Source: Chrysomallon squamiferum (lineage: Eukaryota; Animalia; Mollusca). From it: DNA of 64,000 nucleotides. Shown in pieces: positions 1 to 12,864 of this stretch (position 1 is the stretch's first letter; the number at the start of each line of letters is the position of its first letter). Position numbers and translations under genes: made by a program. Location: positions 31,000,001 through 31,064,000 of the forward strand of contig CM022679.1 in NCBI GenBank assembly GCA_012295275.1. The letters run 5' to 3'. The notes under the pieces were generated by a model. It was not told where the DNA came from. It ran no database searches and saw only the letters and a list, made by a program, of their open reading frames with translations.

Positions 1-1519
1 TTGCCGTGGTACGCCAGACTGAGAGGTGTTTTCTCTTTGCGAAAGTCTCGAATAATGGACAGGCATTCTTCCAAGTCATCAGTGACCTTCATCACCCAGC
101 CCTGCTTGTGTCTCTTATTTACAGCTTCTAGTGACACCTGTTGAAATTTATTGTATTTTTGTAAGCAGTGTTGTCTTTGATAACATGAAGAAAAAATTCA
201 TGTTCAAAATATGTTCCAAACTAAACATGTACTGATATGGAAATTTTGCTATACTTCCGAGTTATTGTTATGTTGCTTTTTTTTTCTTTCTTTCTTTCTT
301 CTGTTTTTGTTAAACTGAATCCAGTTTTTTGATACTAATAAAGTGTAACCGTATTATAATGATGTATTATTTTTCTCTTTTTCATGACTTACGAAATCAA
401 CCGTTATAAAAGTGATACCCAGAACTAATACTTCTTCAAATATTGTTTTCATAACACCACCGCTGCTGCTGCTACTGCTACTACAACTACATTTACTACT
501 ACAAATGCTGCAACCAACTTTACAACTACTACTGCTATTTCTACAAAACTACAACTGCTACTGCTGTGGCCTCTGCTGCTACTACTACTATTTCATCTAC
601 TACGAAAATAAAAGTACATGCAATATTCATGAAGAAGATTTACCTCTGCTACGACTCCAATACAAGCCGCAGATGACAGCGGCTTTAGCCTGTGCTCCAC
701 TCATCCCTCCTAGCCCTGAAGTTACAAACACCTGAAATATGAAGTTACAAACACCTGAAATATGAAGTTACACACACCTGAAATTTGAAGTTACAAACAC
801 CTGAAATATAATTTTAGAAACACATGAACTATTAAGTTACAAACACATGAAATATGAAGTTACAAACACCTGAAATGTTAATTTAAAAAGCCCCTGAAAT
901 ATGAAGTTACAAACACCTGAAAAATGGAAAATATACAAACACCTGAAATGGTAATATACAAACATCTTAAATATGAAGTTACAAACATCTGAAACATTAC
1001 CTTACAAAGTCTGAAGCTATGAACATTTGACATATGAAGTTATAAACATCTGAAATCTGTGATAAACATACGAATTTAGAAAAGTCTAAAATATGAAGTT
1101 ACAAACACATGAAATGGAAACACACACACACACAAAACTTGACGTTACTAACATTTAAAATGTGAAGTCACAAGCATATAAAAGTGGAAGCTATAAACAC
1201 TTAAAATGTGAAATCTAAAATGCATCAAAAGTGAAGTTAAAAACAAGAGAAATCTAGAGTTACAAATATAGCTGTTCAGAAATCATAAACGCAATAAACT
1301 TGAAGTTACAAACATGAAAGAGGAACTGACAAACACATATAAGGAAAAGTTACAAAGAATTGAAATATGAATTTACAAGCTTATATATATATATATATAT
1401 ATATAGATAAATTCGAGTGTTTATTTGAATCATAAATATTTTCTTACCTTCCCGTGAAGATCATCAGTACCAAATTGTTTTCGTGCTGCATTCATGATTG
1501 TCAACTGTAAATACGAAAA

Positions 1520-1572
<53 letters not shown>

Positions 1573-2959
1573 ATAATACATGATACAAAAAATAAAATAA
1601 ACACAACGAAGTCTATAGGTTTTTGAGTGTATGTGTATATATGTGTGTGTGTGCGTTCGTGTGTGTGTGTGTGCGTTTGTGTGTGTGTGTGAGTGTGTGT
1701 GTGTGAGAGTTATTACTCACAGTTGTTCCATGAACTATGCCTTGTGGTCCTATATAACAAAAACTTCCAGCAGTCATCTGACCATACCTATAGCAACAAA
1801 GAAATTTATATGTATATACACACACACACACACACACACATACATGTATGTGTATACATATACTGGACATAATAGATGCATAGCATCCGTACAGATAAAA
1901 CGTTTTCAAACGTGTTGTTCTATGTAGAAAAGCAGATATTTATTTTAACTGTTATAATATCTGTAATCAAAAGGAACTGGATTCTGTGAGACTGAGTCTG
2001 TCAGGTTACTATTAGGGTCACGTCCCCGTTAAGAATCATTTCAACAGCCTTTTTGTTTTCTTCTCTGTGCAGATACTCTAACCACTGGGTGACATGACAA
2101 GATCGACAATATTAATCATTTTGTCAGCTTCTAGCGTTGAAATGTTACCCCTAGCGTCCAGGACTGCTGTATTAAATACTGTGGTATGTCCTGTCCTGTT
2201 CATGTGAGCTTTTAACATCATGCGGTATAGAATAAGAAATGGTGGCTGGAAGTTTCTTGTACTTGTTTTTGTTCTTTATTTAACCCCTAGTTCAAAGAAA
2301 AGATAACAATATGATAATGTGTTTGTTATCAAGGGTTAGATAGATGTTTTGTCCTTTATGAGGGAAGCATAGGTAAAAGTAACGTTAGCTAATACAACCA
2401 AATTAGTCGATTTAAAGGGGCAACGAATCGCTCATCAGATGTGTAGATTTTAAATCATTTATGTGATTTGTAATAATTCTAGATTAAAAAGAAGAAGAAG
2501 TGAAACATAAATAAAACATACTTTCATCGTTTTACATATTTTCTTCAACTTACATTGTTACTCCAAGTGCAAAGAGCTTTTCGTACATGTCTCTGGAAGA
2601 ATAATTTGGAATCACCTAGAAATAAATGACGAAAAAAAATATAAGCCTGTAGAAATAACTTGATACACAAATATAGATACATGTCAATACACATCTTAAA
2701 ATATGCTCAAAACTACACACACACACACACACACACACACTCTCTCAAAACATACCTTAAGTCTACATACACACTCAAATAATAATCCTGAAAAACATAC
2801 AGATTACATTTACATCGCAGTGCATACATAGTCATTATTTCATTATATACCTAAGTAGTCTAATATAGTTAATACGTTGATATGGACGCTTTCATATACA
2901 GGTATATATAATCTAAACACAAACTATGATAACATGCTTACATTGGAACACAAGCTCTA

Positions 2960-2995
<36 letters not shown>

Positions 2996-3454
2996 GCACT
3001 GATAGACATGCTTTAACACATACAAGCACCTACAACCATCTGACAACAGAAACCTATGCTTTAACACATACAAGCACTTACACTCATCTGACAACAGAAA
3101 CCCATGCTTTAACACATATGTTTTTATATAATGGTTCCTCAGTCCACCGATGTTTACACACAAATTTCTATGAAGTAAACGTTTCTAACGAACCATTCCG
3201 TTAGTAATCACAGCTCGGGGAGAACTGCGAGTGCTTGGAAACAGACCCATGGGGTGTCCGGAATATAACACGAGCGTCTGTTCATCCGTCATGTCTGACA
3301 GGTAGGCCATCACCAGCCGAAACTGTAAAATATGATTCATAAATAATTAATTTTTAGCAGGCTGTTTATTCCATGAAGCTGTTTTATGTTTGGACGTTCG
3401 GGGTTTAATGTTTCTTGTGGGGTTTGTGTTGTCATTGGACTGGAATTGGAGTTT

Positions 3455-3536
<82 letters not shown>

Positions 3537-4421
3537 CATTACAAAAATGAAATTTGATCACTTCAAGGTTCATTCCTAAGTTGTTATCCGCAAAAATCTG
3601 TTATATACAACAACCAATAAAAAAAAAAAAAAAAAATGAAATCATTATATGTGATTGTCAAAATGGGAAATAAATGAGTCTGTGCAGCTGACGCGAAGGT
3701 TTTATCACTTAACTATAACTCATCTACTCTAAAAATTCCTTGTCTTGTACAGAATGATTACACTTCATGCAAGATTTGCGTGATTATCTATCTCACAGTC
3801 GTGTCAAATGTTACCCAAAGATCAATACCGATTCAAACACAATAAAACTGACCTGAGCCCAGTTAGAAAATGCCTGACCGTTTCCACCATAGGTAACGAG
3901 TTCATGGGGGAACTGGGCCACGTCGGGGTCAAGGTTATTCATTATCATATGCATCAAAGCCGCAGCGTGCAAACTCTTGCAAGGGTAATCAGATATAGGA
4001 TACGCCCTGAGGATGAAAGAAACCTTTTTATAACATGCTTAGACTGATACGCATTCTTACATATAAGCATCAGGAGATATATAAAGTCAGAAATATATGC
4101 TTTAATACACGTATATACATACCTCTACTACCGCTACTGTTAATATTACTACTGCAACTACCGCTATAACCGCTACTACTACTTCTACCATTACTATTAC
4201 TACAACAACAACTACTGCTGTACTAACACTACTACAGTTACCGCTAGTGGTGTTACTATTAGTAATTATACCAACAGCAATAATAATAAAAATAATTAAC
4301 AACAACAACTATAGCAATAATAATAACAACAACAACAACAACAATAGTAATAGTAATAGTAATAATAATAACATCAACAACAATAATAGTAATAGTAATA
4401 ATAATATTAGTAATAATAATG

Positions 4422-4513
<92 letters not shown>

Positions 4514-5517
4514 CTATGTTGCTGTGAGTCTGTAAATGAATTCATGTTAAAATAGTGTTTCTAAAACCATATCCACACATCGTAAAAAATTCTATTGAAC
4601 ACTTTTTTTTTTGAGTGTTGTGAAGTTACCTCATGCGCAGGGTGGGTCGAAATCTGTACATGTAAATGTGTCCGTACGTCTCAAGTTCTTCTGCAAATTC
4701 TGGACCCAACACATCGTGTACCCTGGGTGGGAAGTAACGCAGGGCGTTTTCCACAGCAAGCTCGAAGAAAAATTAATTAAAATTTAAATTTTTATGTCGA
4801 AGACAGGATGTTAAAACAACAAAAGCAAAAAAAAAAAAAAAAGTCTAACCGAGCACAAAGTGAACGAAACATTGCGTCCGTAACAGGTACAGAAAATTTA
4901 TTATTACAACTCACAGATTTGCAGTGCTGATTTTGCAGGTGGTCAATAAAACTGGCAGACATTACTGAAACGTTTGTATTGATACAGTATCGATTAGCGT
5001 TTCATTTAAATATAAATACTCACTAATTAATCGACATTGCCATACTTTATTATTAGCAAAGATTTTCGTTTTAGAAGTTAAAAAAATATTATTTGGAAGT
5101 ATTTCTGTTAATCTTACAAGAAAATAAATTGTTGTGTCTTGTAAATAATATATATAAAGAACTATCCAGCATCAGTAACATAGTTTGTACCATGATACAT
5201 AGACTTACCAAGTACATAATAACATAATAATGGCAGTGTTTGTTTTATCTATGTTTTGAAACCGTAGCTAGCTGTAAATTCCTAACTATATAGTTTCGGT
5301 AAAGAGAATAATGCTAGAATGAATTTTTAAAGCGGGTCAGAACGATAGCACTTTTCGTAAATGGATATTATAAGACGTTGCATTTTTTTACCTTTTTTTC
5401 TGTCTTGCTCAGCTGCGGGGTACGAACGGGCGCGTGTGGCACATTTTCGTCTCTTGTTTGTCGTGCTGGAAGTGGATCTACAGGCAGACCAGCGCATAAT
5501 TCTTTTAGCGTCGCCAT
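1..5517 (-). CDS. UROC1: Urocanate hydratase, 5' part (8 coding exons; continues beyond the window start)
   Basis: Exons with GT-AG boundaries and matching phases: 5392-5517 ([42 protein letters not shown]), 4630-4760 ([31 protein letters not shown]), 3853-4006 ([41 protein letters not shown]), 3194-3322 ([36 protein letters not shown]), 2554-2615 ([21 protein letters not shown]), 1721-1787 ([22 protein letters not shown]), 1448-1504 ([19 protein letters not shown]), 644-731 ([22 protein letters not shown], 88 nt with one extra base), and a further partial exon 1-137 ([30 protein letters not shown]). The motifs match the animal urocanase I recall. Confidence 0.96.
716..1380. repeat. About 23-bp tandem minisatellite (GAAGTTACAAACACCTGAAATAT) derived from a UROC1 splice acceptor and exon start
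   Basis: Many tandem copies that degenerate away from the exon. On the minus strand the unit reads ATATTTCAG|GTGTTTGTAACTTC, which is the acceptor plus the first 14 nt of the 644-731 exon. Confidence 0.85.
3008..3118. repeat. 48-bp tandem repeat, about 2.3 copies, in a UROC1 intron
   Basis: ATGCTTTAACACATA recurs at about 3008, 3056 and 3104. Confidence 0.75.
3457..3577. repeat. (GA)n plus a short dispersed repeat shared with 10243-10393
   Basis: (GA)n-GGCATTACAAAAATGAAATTTGATCACTT(C/G)AAGGTT(C/T)ATTCCTA occurs at both sites. Confidence 0.7.
4290..4513. repeat. (AAT/AAC)n microsatellite
   Basis: Direct reading. It explains the poly-N and poly-L ORFs. Confidence 0.9.
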
Positions 5518-5972
5518 ATTTTTACTTACGTCTGTCATCGACTGTGTCTTCGTTACTGAAGTTTACACCGAGCTGACGTCTATATATGAGAGAAATAACA
5601 CCTGCTGCTGTGTTGTGATAACACGTCACTTGCCAGTCAAATCGTAAACCACGCCTTATCTTATTTACAAAAGATAATATGTAATTCTAAGTAAGTAAAC
5701 AGACCCGGTCTCCTTTTTTTTTTCTGTTTTAATTTCTTCTTCTTCTTCTTCTTCTTCTTATTCTTTGTAAACTGCTGTTGACTGAGTTCATAATACTTAG
5801 ATTTCATGATAAAAAGTTAATACTTAATAAAATAAGTGCTGCACATTAAGAAGATAACATTGTGTTAAACAACACTGTGTTAAATTACAAAGGAAACAAA
5901 GATTACTTAAGAACAGAATAAACATGTTTAATCAGTTGTTGAACAGAGTTACTATTATTGCTGTTACTATTA

Positions 5973-6014
<42 letters not shown>

Positions 6015-7619
6015 GCTGATATTATCGGAATATTTATTTTATTTTAATATAAAGGTAAAGATGCCATACTGAAAATGTATATTTGCCTAAAAAAATAAAT
6101 AAATAAAAAGAAATATCTCTCTCTCTCTCTCATTATCGTTGCTTTGTGTATTTAGCCACATCTGTGTGTGTGTGTGTGTGTGTGAGTGTGTGTGTGTGTA
6201 TGTGTGTGAGTGTCCGTCAAATATGTTATATCTAATCTAACTGGATGTCCTATTTCAGATATTTTAAACAATTGCTTTCGCCATGTACAGTCAGTGATAT
6301 TAACACGAATGAGTTTTACCGTGATATTCTGCACACATGGCTGTGTCTAGGAATAAAATGCTGCAGTGATGATATTCATGTTCACATCTATGTTATCTGT
6401 AATATGTCAACAGTTTACAGTGAAACGTGTTTATGATATGTAGTATAACATTTCTACAGTCTACAGTGTAATGTGTTTTTAATCTGTAGTATAATAGTTC
6501 TATAGTATATACAGTAATATGTTTATAATATGTATAATATGTATAATATAATGCATATATAGTTGTAATGCAATGTTTTTGTAGCGTACAATATAATGTA
6601 TGTATTTATAGTCTAAAGAGTATATTTTTACAGTCTGTGGAGTAATGTGTTAGTGTCCATAGTTTCAGAGTAATGTGTGAAGTCTACTGTATAATGTGTT
6701 TAAAGTATAAAGTATAACTGGCGTCGAATATATCGATATTAATCTTTTTTTTTTTTTTTTCTTTTTTTTTTCTAAAAATCTGTTTCTGTGTCATGAACAC
6801 ACGTTTTATACACGCATAACAAAAGTGCATCGATAAACTCAAGCACGTAGTAAACTTTGCTTATTTATAGTAAATAACAGTAAGTACACAGATCGAGATT
6901 TCTAACGATCTGTACACTCAGAATATAGTGAATATAACTACAGAGAACAGATTCTCTCAGCGGATCAAGCGATTTTAAATATTTATCACCTGAACACGTA
7001 CATTGTTGGTAAGCCTCTGTAGGCTTGTTTGGCGTACAAATTGGATAAATTTTGTCACAGATTCTTTTCATCATCGCAGTTTCATTAAATCCTTCACACG
7101 TAATCTTCTGTTCCAATATTCAGTAGTTGCTAAGCAAATATAATAAGCAGTTCGTTGACGTTAGAGCGCCATGTTTTCTTAACTGCCCATACTGGTAGAA
7201 AAGCAATAAACCAAACAGTCTCACTTGATGACATATATATCGTCAAACATTAGATCCCTGGAGACTGGGATTTGCTGCCATTTTCTGAGATATCTTCTGC
7301 TCCGGAATCATGAACATAGATGGATTATACAAAACTGAACATGATAGTTTAAGTAATTGGAACTACGCATGCCCAGTTATGTCTCTGGGTATTTCTGAAA
7401 TGAAAATCTTTTACGTCCAGGGAGCGTCGTTGTTGGAATTCGAACGTAACGAGCGACGGATGTATCTGCGTTGTTGACGTACACAGTGCTGGACACGATC
7501 CGGAAAATTGTTCTTTGTGGTTTTAGTTTCAGATGAAATACGTCTTTGCTACTTCCAGCATTAACCTGAACTGAAAACATTCTCCAACATGTCTGCTGAT
7601 TACGTTAGATGATGAACGT

Positions 7620-8050
7620 ATCAGCTTAGCTGAAGAAATCTAAGTCTCAAAGTAAAACCAGTCTGTTAGAATGTTCAGCTCAAGTTTTAATCTGAACTGA
7701 ACAAAATTGTGAAGAGAGCTGGAAAAATTCTCAGATTTCGAGTTAAAATTTGGAAAAAATATCGTTCTCGTAAAATTGAACAGAAAGTTCTCAGTTCTCG
7801 TATCGAACTGAACTGGAAACATTTTAAGTTGTTGTATTAAACTAGGATTTTCATATTCAACTAAACTGGAAAATTTAAGAACTCTCGTATTATAGACAAT
7901 TGAAAAAATTCTCAATTTTAAAACAAAACCGAGCTGGAAAAATTCTCTATGAGTTCTGCTATTAAACTGAACTAGAACTATTATCATATCTGGTTTTAAA
8001 GTGACCTGGAACAATTGTTAATTTATTCTCGTATTCAGATTTACTGAAAA
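7620..8050. repeat. Degenerate tandem repeat of about 30 bp (AACTGGAAAAATTCTCAGTT..)
   Basis: Recurring ctggaaaa/ttctc/gaactga motifs with no convincing coding character. Confidence 0.5.
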
Positions 8051-8188
8051 CTTTCTTAAAAAAACTTTATAGTTTTGATTTTTAGAAAGTATGGGAAAAG
8101 TCCTCATTACTTGATTTGTTTAATAAAACTGTTTCCAACATTAAGCACAAAGAAAACGACGAACTAACAAACAGACATAATAATAATA

Positions 8189-8247
<59 letters not shown>

Positions 8248-8510
8248 TAAAAGAAATTACCAAAGTTTAAATTTACCATTCAGTTTTCAGTCAAGTGCTT
8301 ATGCTATTTGAAAATGTTTCGCAGTGAACAAACGGCTTTTATTGATTTTATACACGTTTATCATCGACATCATAATCATCTCTCCTAAACAAATAGCATT
8401 TCAACACTTTTCCAAGAACAACATTTTTAACTGCGTGCTCAACAGCAACTGTTCTATAACTACAGACGTCTTCGTCGCTGACAAATCCAGGGTTAGTCCC
8501 TAGTTTCCAT

Positions 8511-9515
8511 ATGGGTCTAAACAACACGTCTTACTGCGAGTCGGCCAGTGAGTTCGATTATGCAATATTCTGTGTACTCACGCCGGTATGCGAGTGCATT
8601 CTGGCGGTGCTCATTTGCAGTGGAAATATTTTGACGATAACCGCGGTTTGTAGGACGCAGTCGTTGCAGACTATACCTAATATGTACGTCGTCTCTCTTG
8701 CCGTTGCTGATCTTATGGTTGGCTTCAACAGTTTTTACGAATCTTTCTGGTACTACGCTCTCACCGAAGGAAGGATCGCAGGCTGTAAGTACTGCTGCTT
8801 GTTTAACTTATCCACTCTCTACACCAGCTTGTTTGCGTCCATGATCAGCATAGTTCTTATAGCCTGGGACCGTTTCTTCTTCATCTGTTACCCTTTCAGG
8901 TATGAAACTCTTGTTACGCAATCAAAAACGCTAATAATAATAGGAACGACATGGATTGTCTCCCTTACCTTTGGCGTTCTTCCTTTCTTCGAGAACACGT
9001 TCGACGTTGCACGAGAATGTTCCCACACCGGAGTGTTGCCGTTCTGGTACCAGGTATATTTCTTGCAGATAGTGTTCGCCCTGGTTTTCATCCTCTGTGT
9101 TGTGTTGTACACGGGGATTATGAAAATCGCCAGACGTCAGCTGAAGTCCATTCAAGCTGCCACGGTTGTCCCAGCAGCAGGCAGCAGCGCTGACCGAAAG
9201 AACTGGAAAGTCATTCGACTCATGCTTCTTGTGTGTGGTTGCTTCTTCGCGTGCTGGAGTCCCTACAACGTCTGCATTGTCACCGATTACGCCAGCTACG
9301 TTTCACCCGACGTGATGGACGTTCTCTTTCCTTTAGGAATCTTAAATTCTGTCATGAACTTTGTCATTTACAGTCTGATGAACAGAGAATTCAGAAAGGC
9401 TTTTAAAAGATACTGCTTCTTCTGCAGACGCTCCGATCATCAGATCGCATCCAGTGCTTCGGCTGCGCCAGCGAGTGTGCATTTAAATCAGTTTGCCTCG
9501 GAGACTGTGCAGTGA
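8511..9515 (+). CDS. Rhodopsin-like (class A) GPCR, 334 aa, single coding exon; orphan resembling aminergic/adenosine receptors
   Basis: Seven hydrophobic segments with GN (TM1), SLAVADL (TM2), WDRF (DRY variant), W in TM4, LY in TM5, CWSP (TM6), NSVMNFVIY (NPxxY variant) and helix 8 NREFRKAF. N-terminal N-glycosylation sequons NNTS. Confidence 0.93.
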   Translation: MGLNNTSYCESASEFDYAIFCVLTPVCECILAVLICSGNILTITAVCRTQSLQTIPNMYVVSLAVADLMVGFNSFYESFWYYALTEGRIAGCKYCCLFNLSTLYTSLFASMISIVLIAWDRFFFICYPFRYETLVTQSKTLIIIGTTWIVSLTFGVLPFFENTFDVARECSHTGVLPFWYQVYFLQIVFALVFILCVVLYTGIMKIARRQLKSIQAATVVPAAGSSADRKNWKVIRLMLLVCGCFFACWSPYNVCIVTDYASYVSPDVMDVLFPLGILNSVMNFVIYSLMNREFRKAFKRYCFFCRRSDHQIASSASAAPASVHLNQFASETVQ

Positions 9516-10239
9516 AACTGGGTGGTTAATATTTCACATACATTTTAAGTTCATTCTGAAACCAGGGTTTATGTATTTGTGTGTGTACTTATGCATGTAT
9601 GCATCTATATATATATATGTATGTATGTTTGTAGGTAGGTAGGTAGGTAGGTAGGTAGGTATTTATGGATATATGTGTATTGTCTTGTAATTGTTACTGG
9701 CTGCATCACGCTTATAATGAAGAACATCAGCGTTGAGATATTTGGATGTAGGATTGTTCTGAAAGTACGTAATATGAATGTATGTATGTATGTATGTATG
9801 TATGTATGTATGTATGTATTATGTATGTATGTGTGTGTGTATGTATGTTCCCACAGGTCCTTCTGAGAGATATTGGTAGCAAGGTTGACAGTTTTTTGAA
9901 AAGAAACATGAACATTATCCAGTAATTATTAATTTAAGTCAACCAAACTCTTCATAGTAATGTGTCGATTTTCTATTACTTTATAAACCTGAAAATCAAT
10001 ATATCATCATGATGTCGGTTACAATTAAACGCAATACACAATACAAACTTTAATGAAAAATGGATTAACGCACGTCAAAGAATATTGATATCAAGAATTT
10101 ATTTTTATATATGAATATAGTTTCAGCAAAGAATAAAATGCATACATATTATATATAACATCTGAAATTAATATTAAATAGTAATAAATAAAACAATCTT
10201 TTTTAACAAGCTAGATAGCCAGAGAGAACCAGACAGAAC

Positions 10240-10393
<154 letters not shown>

Positions 10394-12200
10394 TATCAAA
10401 GTTCCTAATAAAAATAAACTCATTTTGCTAGATGTTTTCATTTAGCATTTTTCATTCAACTTTATTTCCACAAATCAGACAAAAAAAGTAGTATTCTAAA
10501 AACACAAATTCTATAGAAACCAACACAAAACTGTTTGTTATCGGCTTACTAAAATAATAAATTATGTCACGCTATTGTAATAGTCATTTATTATCAATAC
10601 AGTTAAATGACTGGTAATGGAAAAGTAAGTAGTTATAATTTATTAGTTCTGTTCAGTAAAAAGACAAATCCGAACCATTTGGTAAGTAAAATATGACACA
10701 CGTATTTAGGTAACCAGTTAGTTTATTTTCCGGACATTTAATCGTTACTATTGTTGTTGTTGTCGTTGTTGTTGTTGTCGTTGTTAATTTATGCCACAAA
10801 TCACTGTTTTACTAACGCACGCCGAGAAATCCAGTTCTTGTTATAACTCGATGCTCTAACTAATTACTCACATATTGTATTTCTATTTTTTGTTTGTGTC
10901 TTCATACTGACAAGTTCGTTATGGTTATCAGCAATTAGTTATAATGTTCATAAAAGTTGTTAGTGCAAGTTAATTTCATACATTACCTTTTATCATACCC
11001 ACACACGCACGCACACAATACACATAAAACGCACGCGCGCACTTGCAAACATATATTTCATTCTTTAATGTTGAATTCTGGATTAGATCTTAAAATATCA
11101 TTTTGAAAACGGTTTTCTTTTAAACAATAAAATATATAAATTGTTTATCAATTTTTTGGTTAATGATATCTCTGTCTGCGGATCGTTTTCGACGAAAAAA
11201 TTAAATAATTAAAAGATAAGAAGAAAAAAAAGAAAGATAAGAAAAAAAAAAAAAGATAACGTAGCAAATTGCCATGTTTTCTGTAAGTACACACTTGATC
11301 CGATTCCAATCCCAATTTTATTTACGTTTTTTTTTTTTTTTTGTTGTTCATTGCGTTTCTGCTTTGCCGAAAAAATAAAGGTGGTTTACAGTAAAAGGGA
11401 ATTGTCCTTTTCTTCAAAAGAAGATGAACTTCTCATTATTGAACTTCGTAAAAATCCAAACCAATTTACCTGAATACGTGGACAACGGACAGACATAACA
11501 GTCGTGGACTGCAGCAAGTGCGGCTGAATACGACAACATGCAGAGTTTAAATTGCCAGTCGTAAAAAAAACCGCACGTGACAATTCCACAGTGAAGTCAG
11601 TCAGTCGTCTGCTGAACGGTGAGCTGGAGGAAAGCGGACTGAGTATGACACAGTCGCGACGGAAAGTGCCGAGTATCCTCGGAGAAGTACGAACGTAGCC
11701 TTAACCGTAGCACCACTCAAACGTGCGGTCGTAAAAGAGAACAGTCGTAAGTCGCACAAATCGTTAGTGAAGAAGACTCTCTCTGCAGAGTTGTAAAACA
11801 TGTTTATATGAACGAAATACGATAATAAACATGTTTTTCTCGACTGAATATAACAGCAAATGAAAGACATTTTATTTTAAGTGTAAAGAATTTAGGTTGG
11901 CCATATTTTAAGTCTTCAACAATTACAAATGTTTTATTTCGTACATTAATACAAAAAAACAACAACAACAGCCGTGTGTTCATTATGCTGTTTCAGGTTC
12001 TCAGTTCCAGTATGGCGAATATTTTCATTTCCTCCACTACACACTCACACAAGCTGCAACACTTAGGGGAGTACGTGGACCTTTGAAAAAGACAGTGAAC
12101 GTTCTCTGTGACATCTGCATTTAAATAATCCCGGCATGACAATAACCAGCATCTATAACATTCCGGTTATCTTTCACAGAAATATCTCTGATGATTCTGG

Positions 12201-12348
<148 letters not shown>

Positions 12349-12691
12349 ACGCAAAATTACACCATTTGGTGTTCATTTTCGGAAGTTACATTTATGACTG
12401 TGTTGTATAAAGAAGGTCAACTAAATGTTTAGAAAGACGGATTCTTGTATTATTGCACAGTGACAATATTCAATAATTTACGAGGGTAATTCAGATGTAT
12501 ATACCCTAAACAAGAATGTATTAGGAAATATTATTTACTTGTTAATATATACATACCAAACCAATGACTAGCATTAATATTTTATTATTAACATATACAT
12601 AATTTAAAAAATATGTTGAGTAAAAGAGAGATTCTCAGAGAGAGAGAGAGAGAGAGAGGATGAGTGCTAAAAGGACAGCTTCAAAATGGAT

Positions 12692-12757
<66 letters not shown>

Positions 12758-12864
12758 GTACAGCTGTTAATGATTTTAATGATTTTTCATTCCCTCCTTT
12801 CTAAGTATCATCATAAAAGTGAAGATTCATAACAGTCACGTCAGTGGTTTACATCAGTATTTTA

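Noticed and set aside
6865-8014. Minus-strand ORFs of 67-124 aa between UROC1 and the GPCR
   Set aside because: No recognisable motifs or consistent splice structure. The longest overlaps a degenerate tandem repeat.
8511-9515. GPCR nested in a UROC1 intron
   Set aside because: The UROC1 start codon is at 5517, so the GPCR lies upstream on the opposite strand. An unseen distant non-coding exon cannot be excluded.
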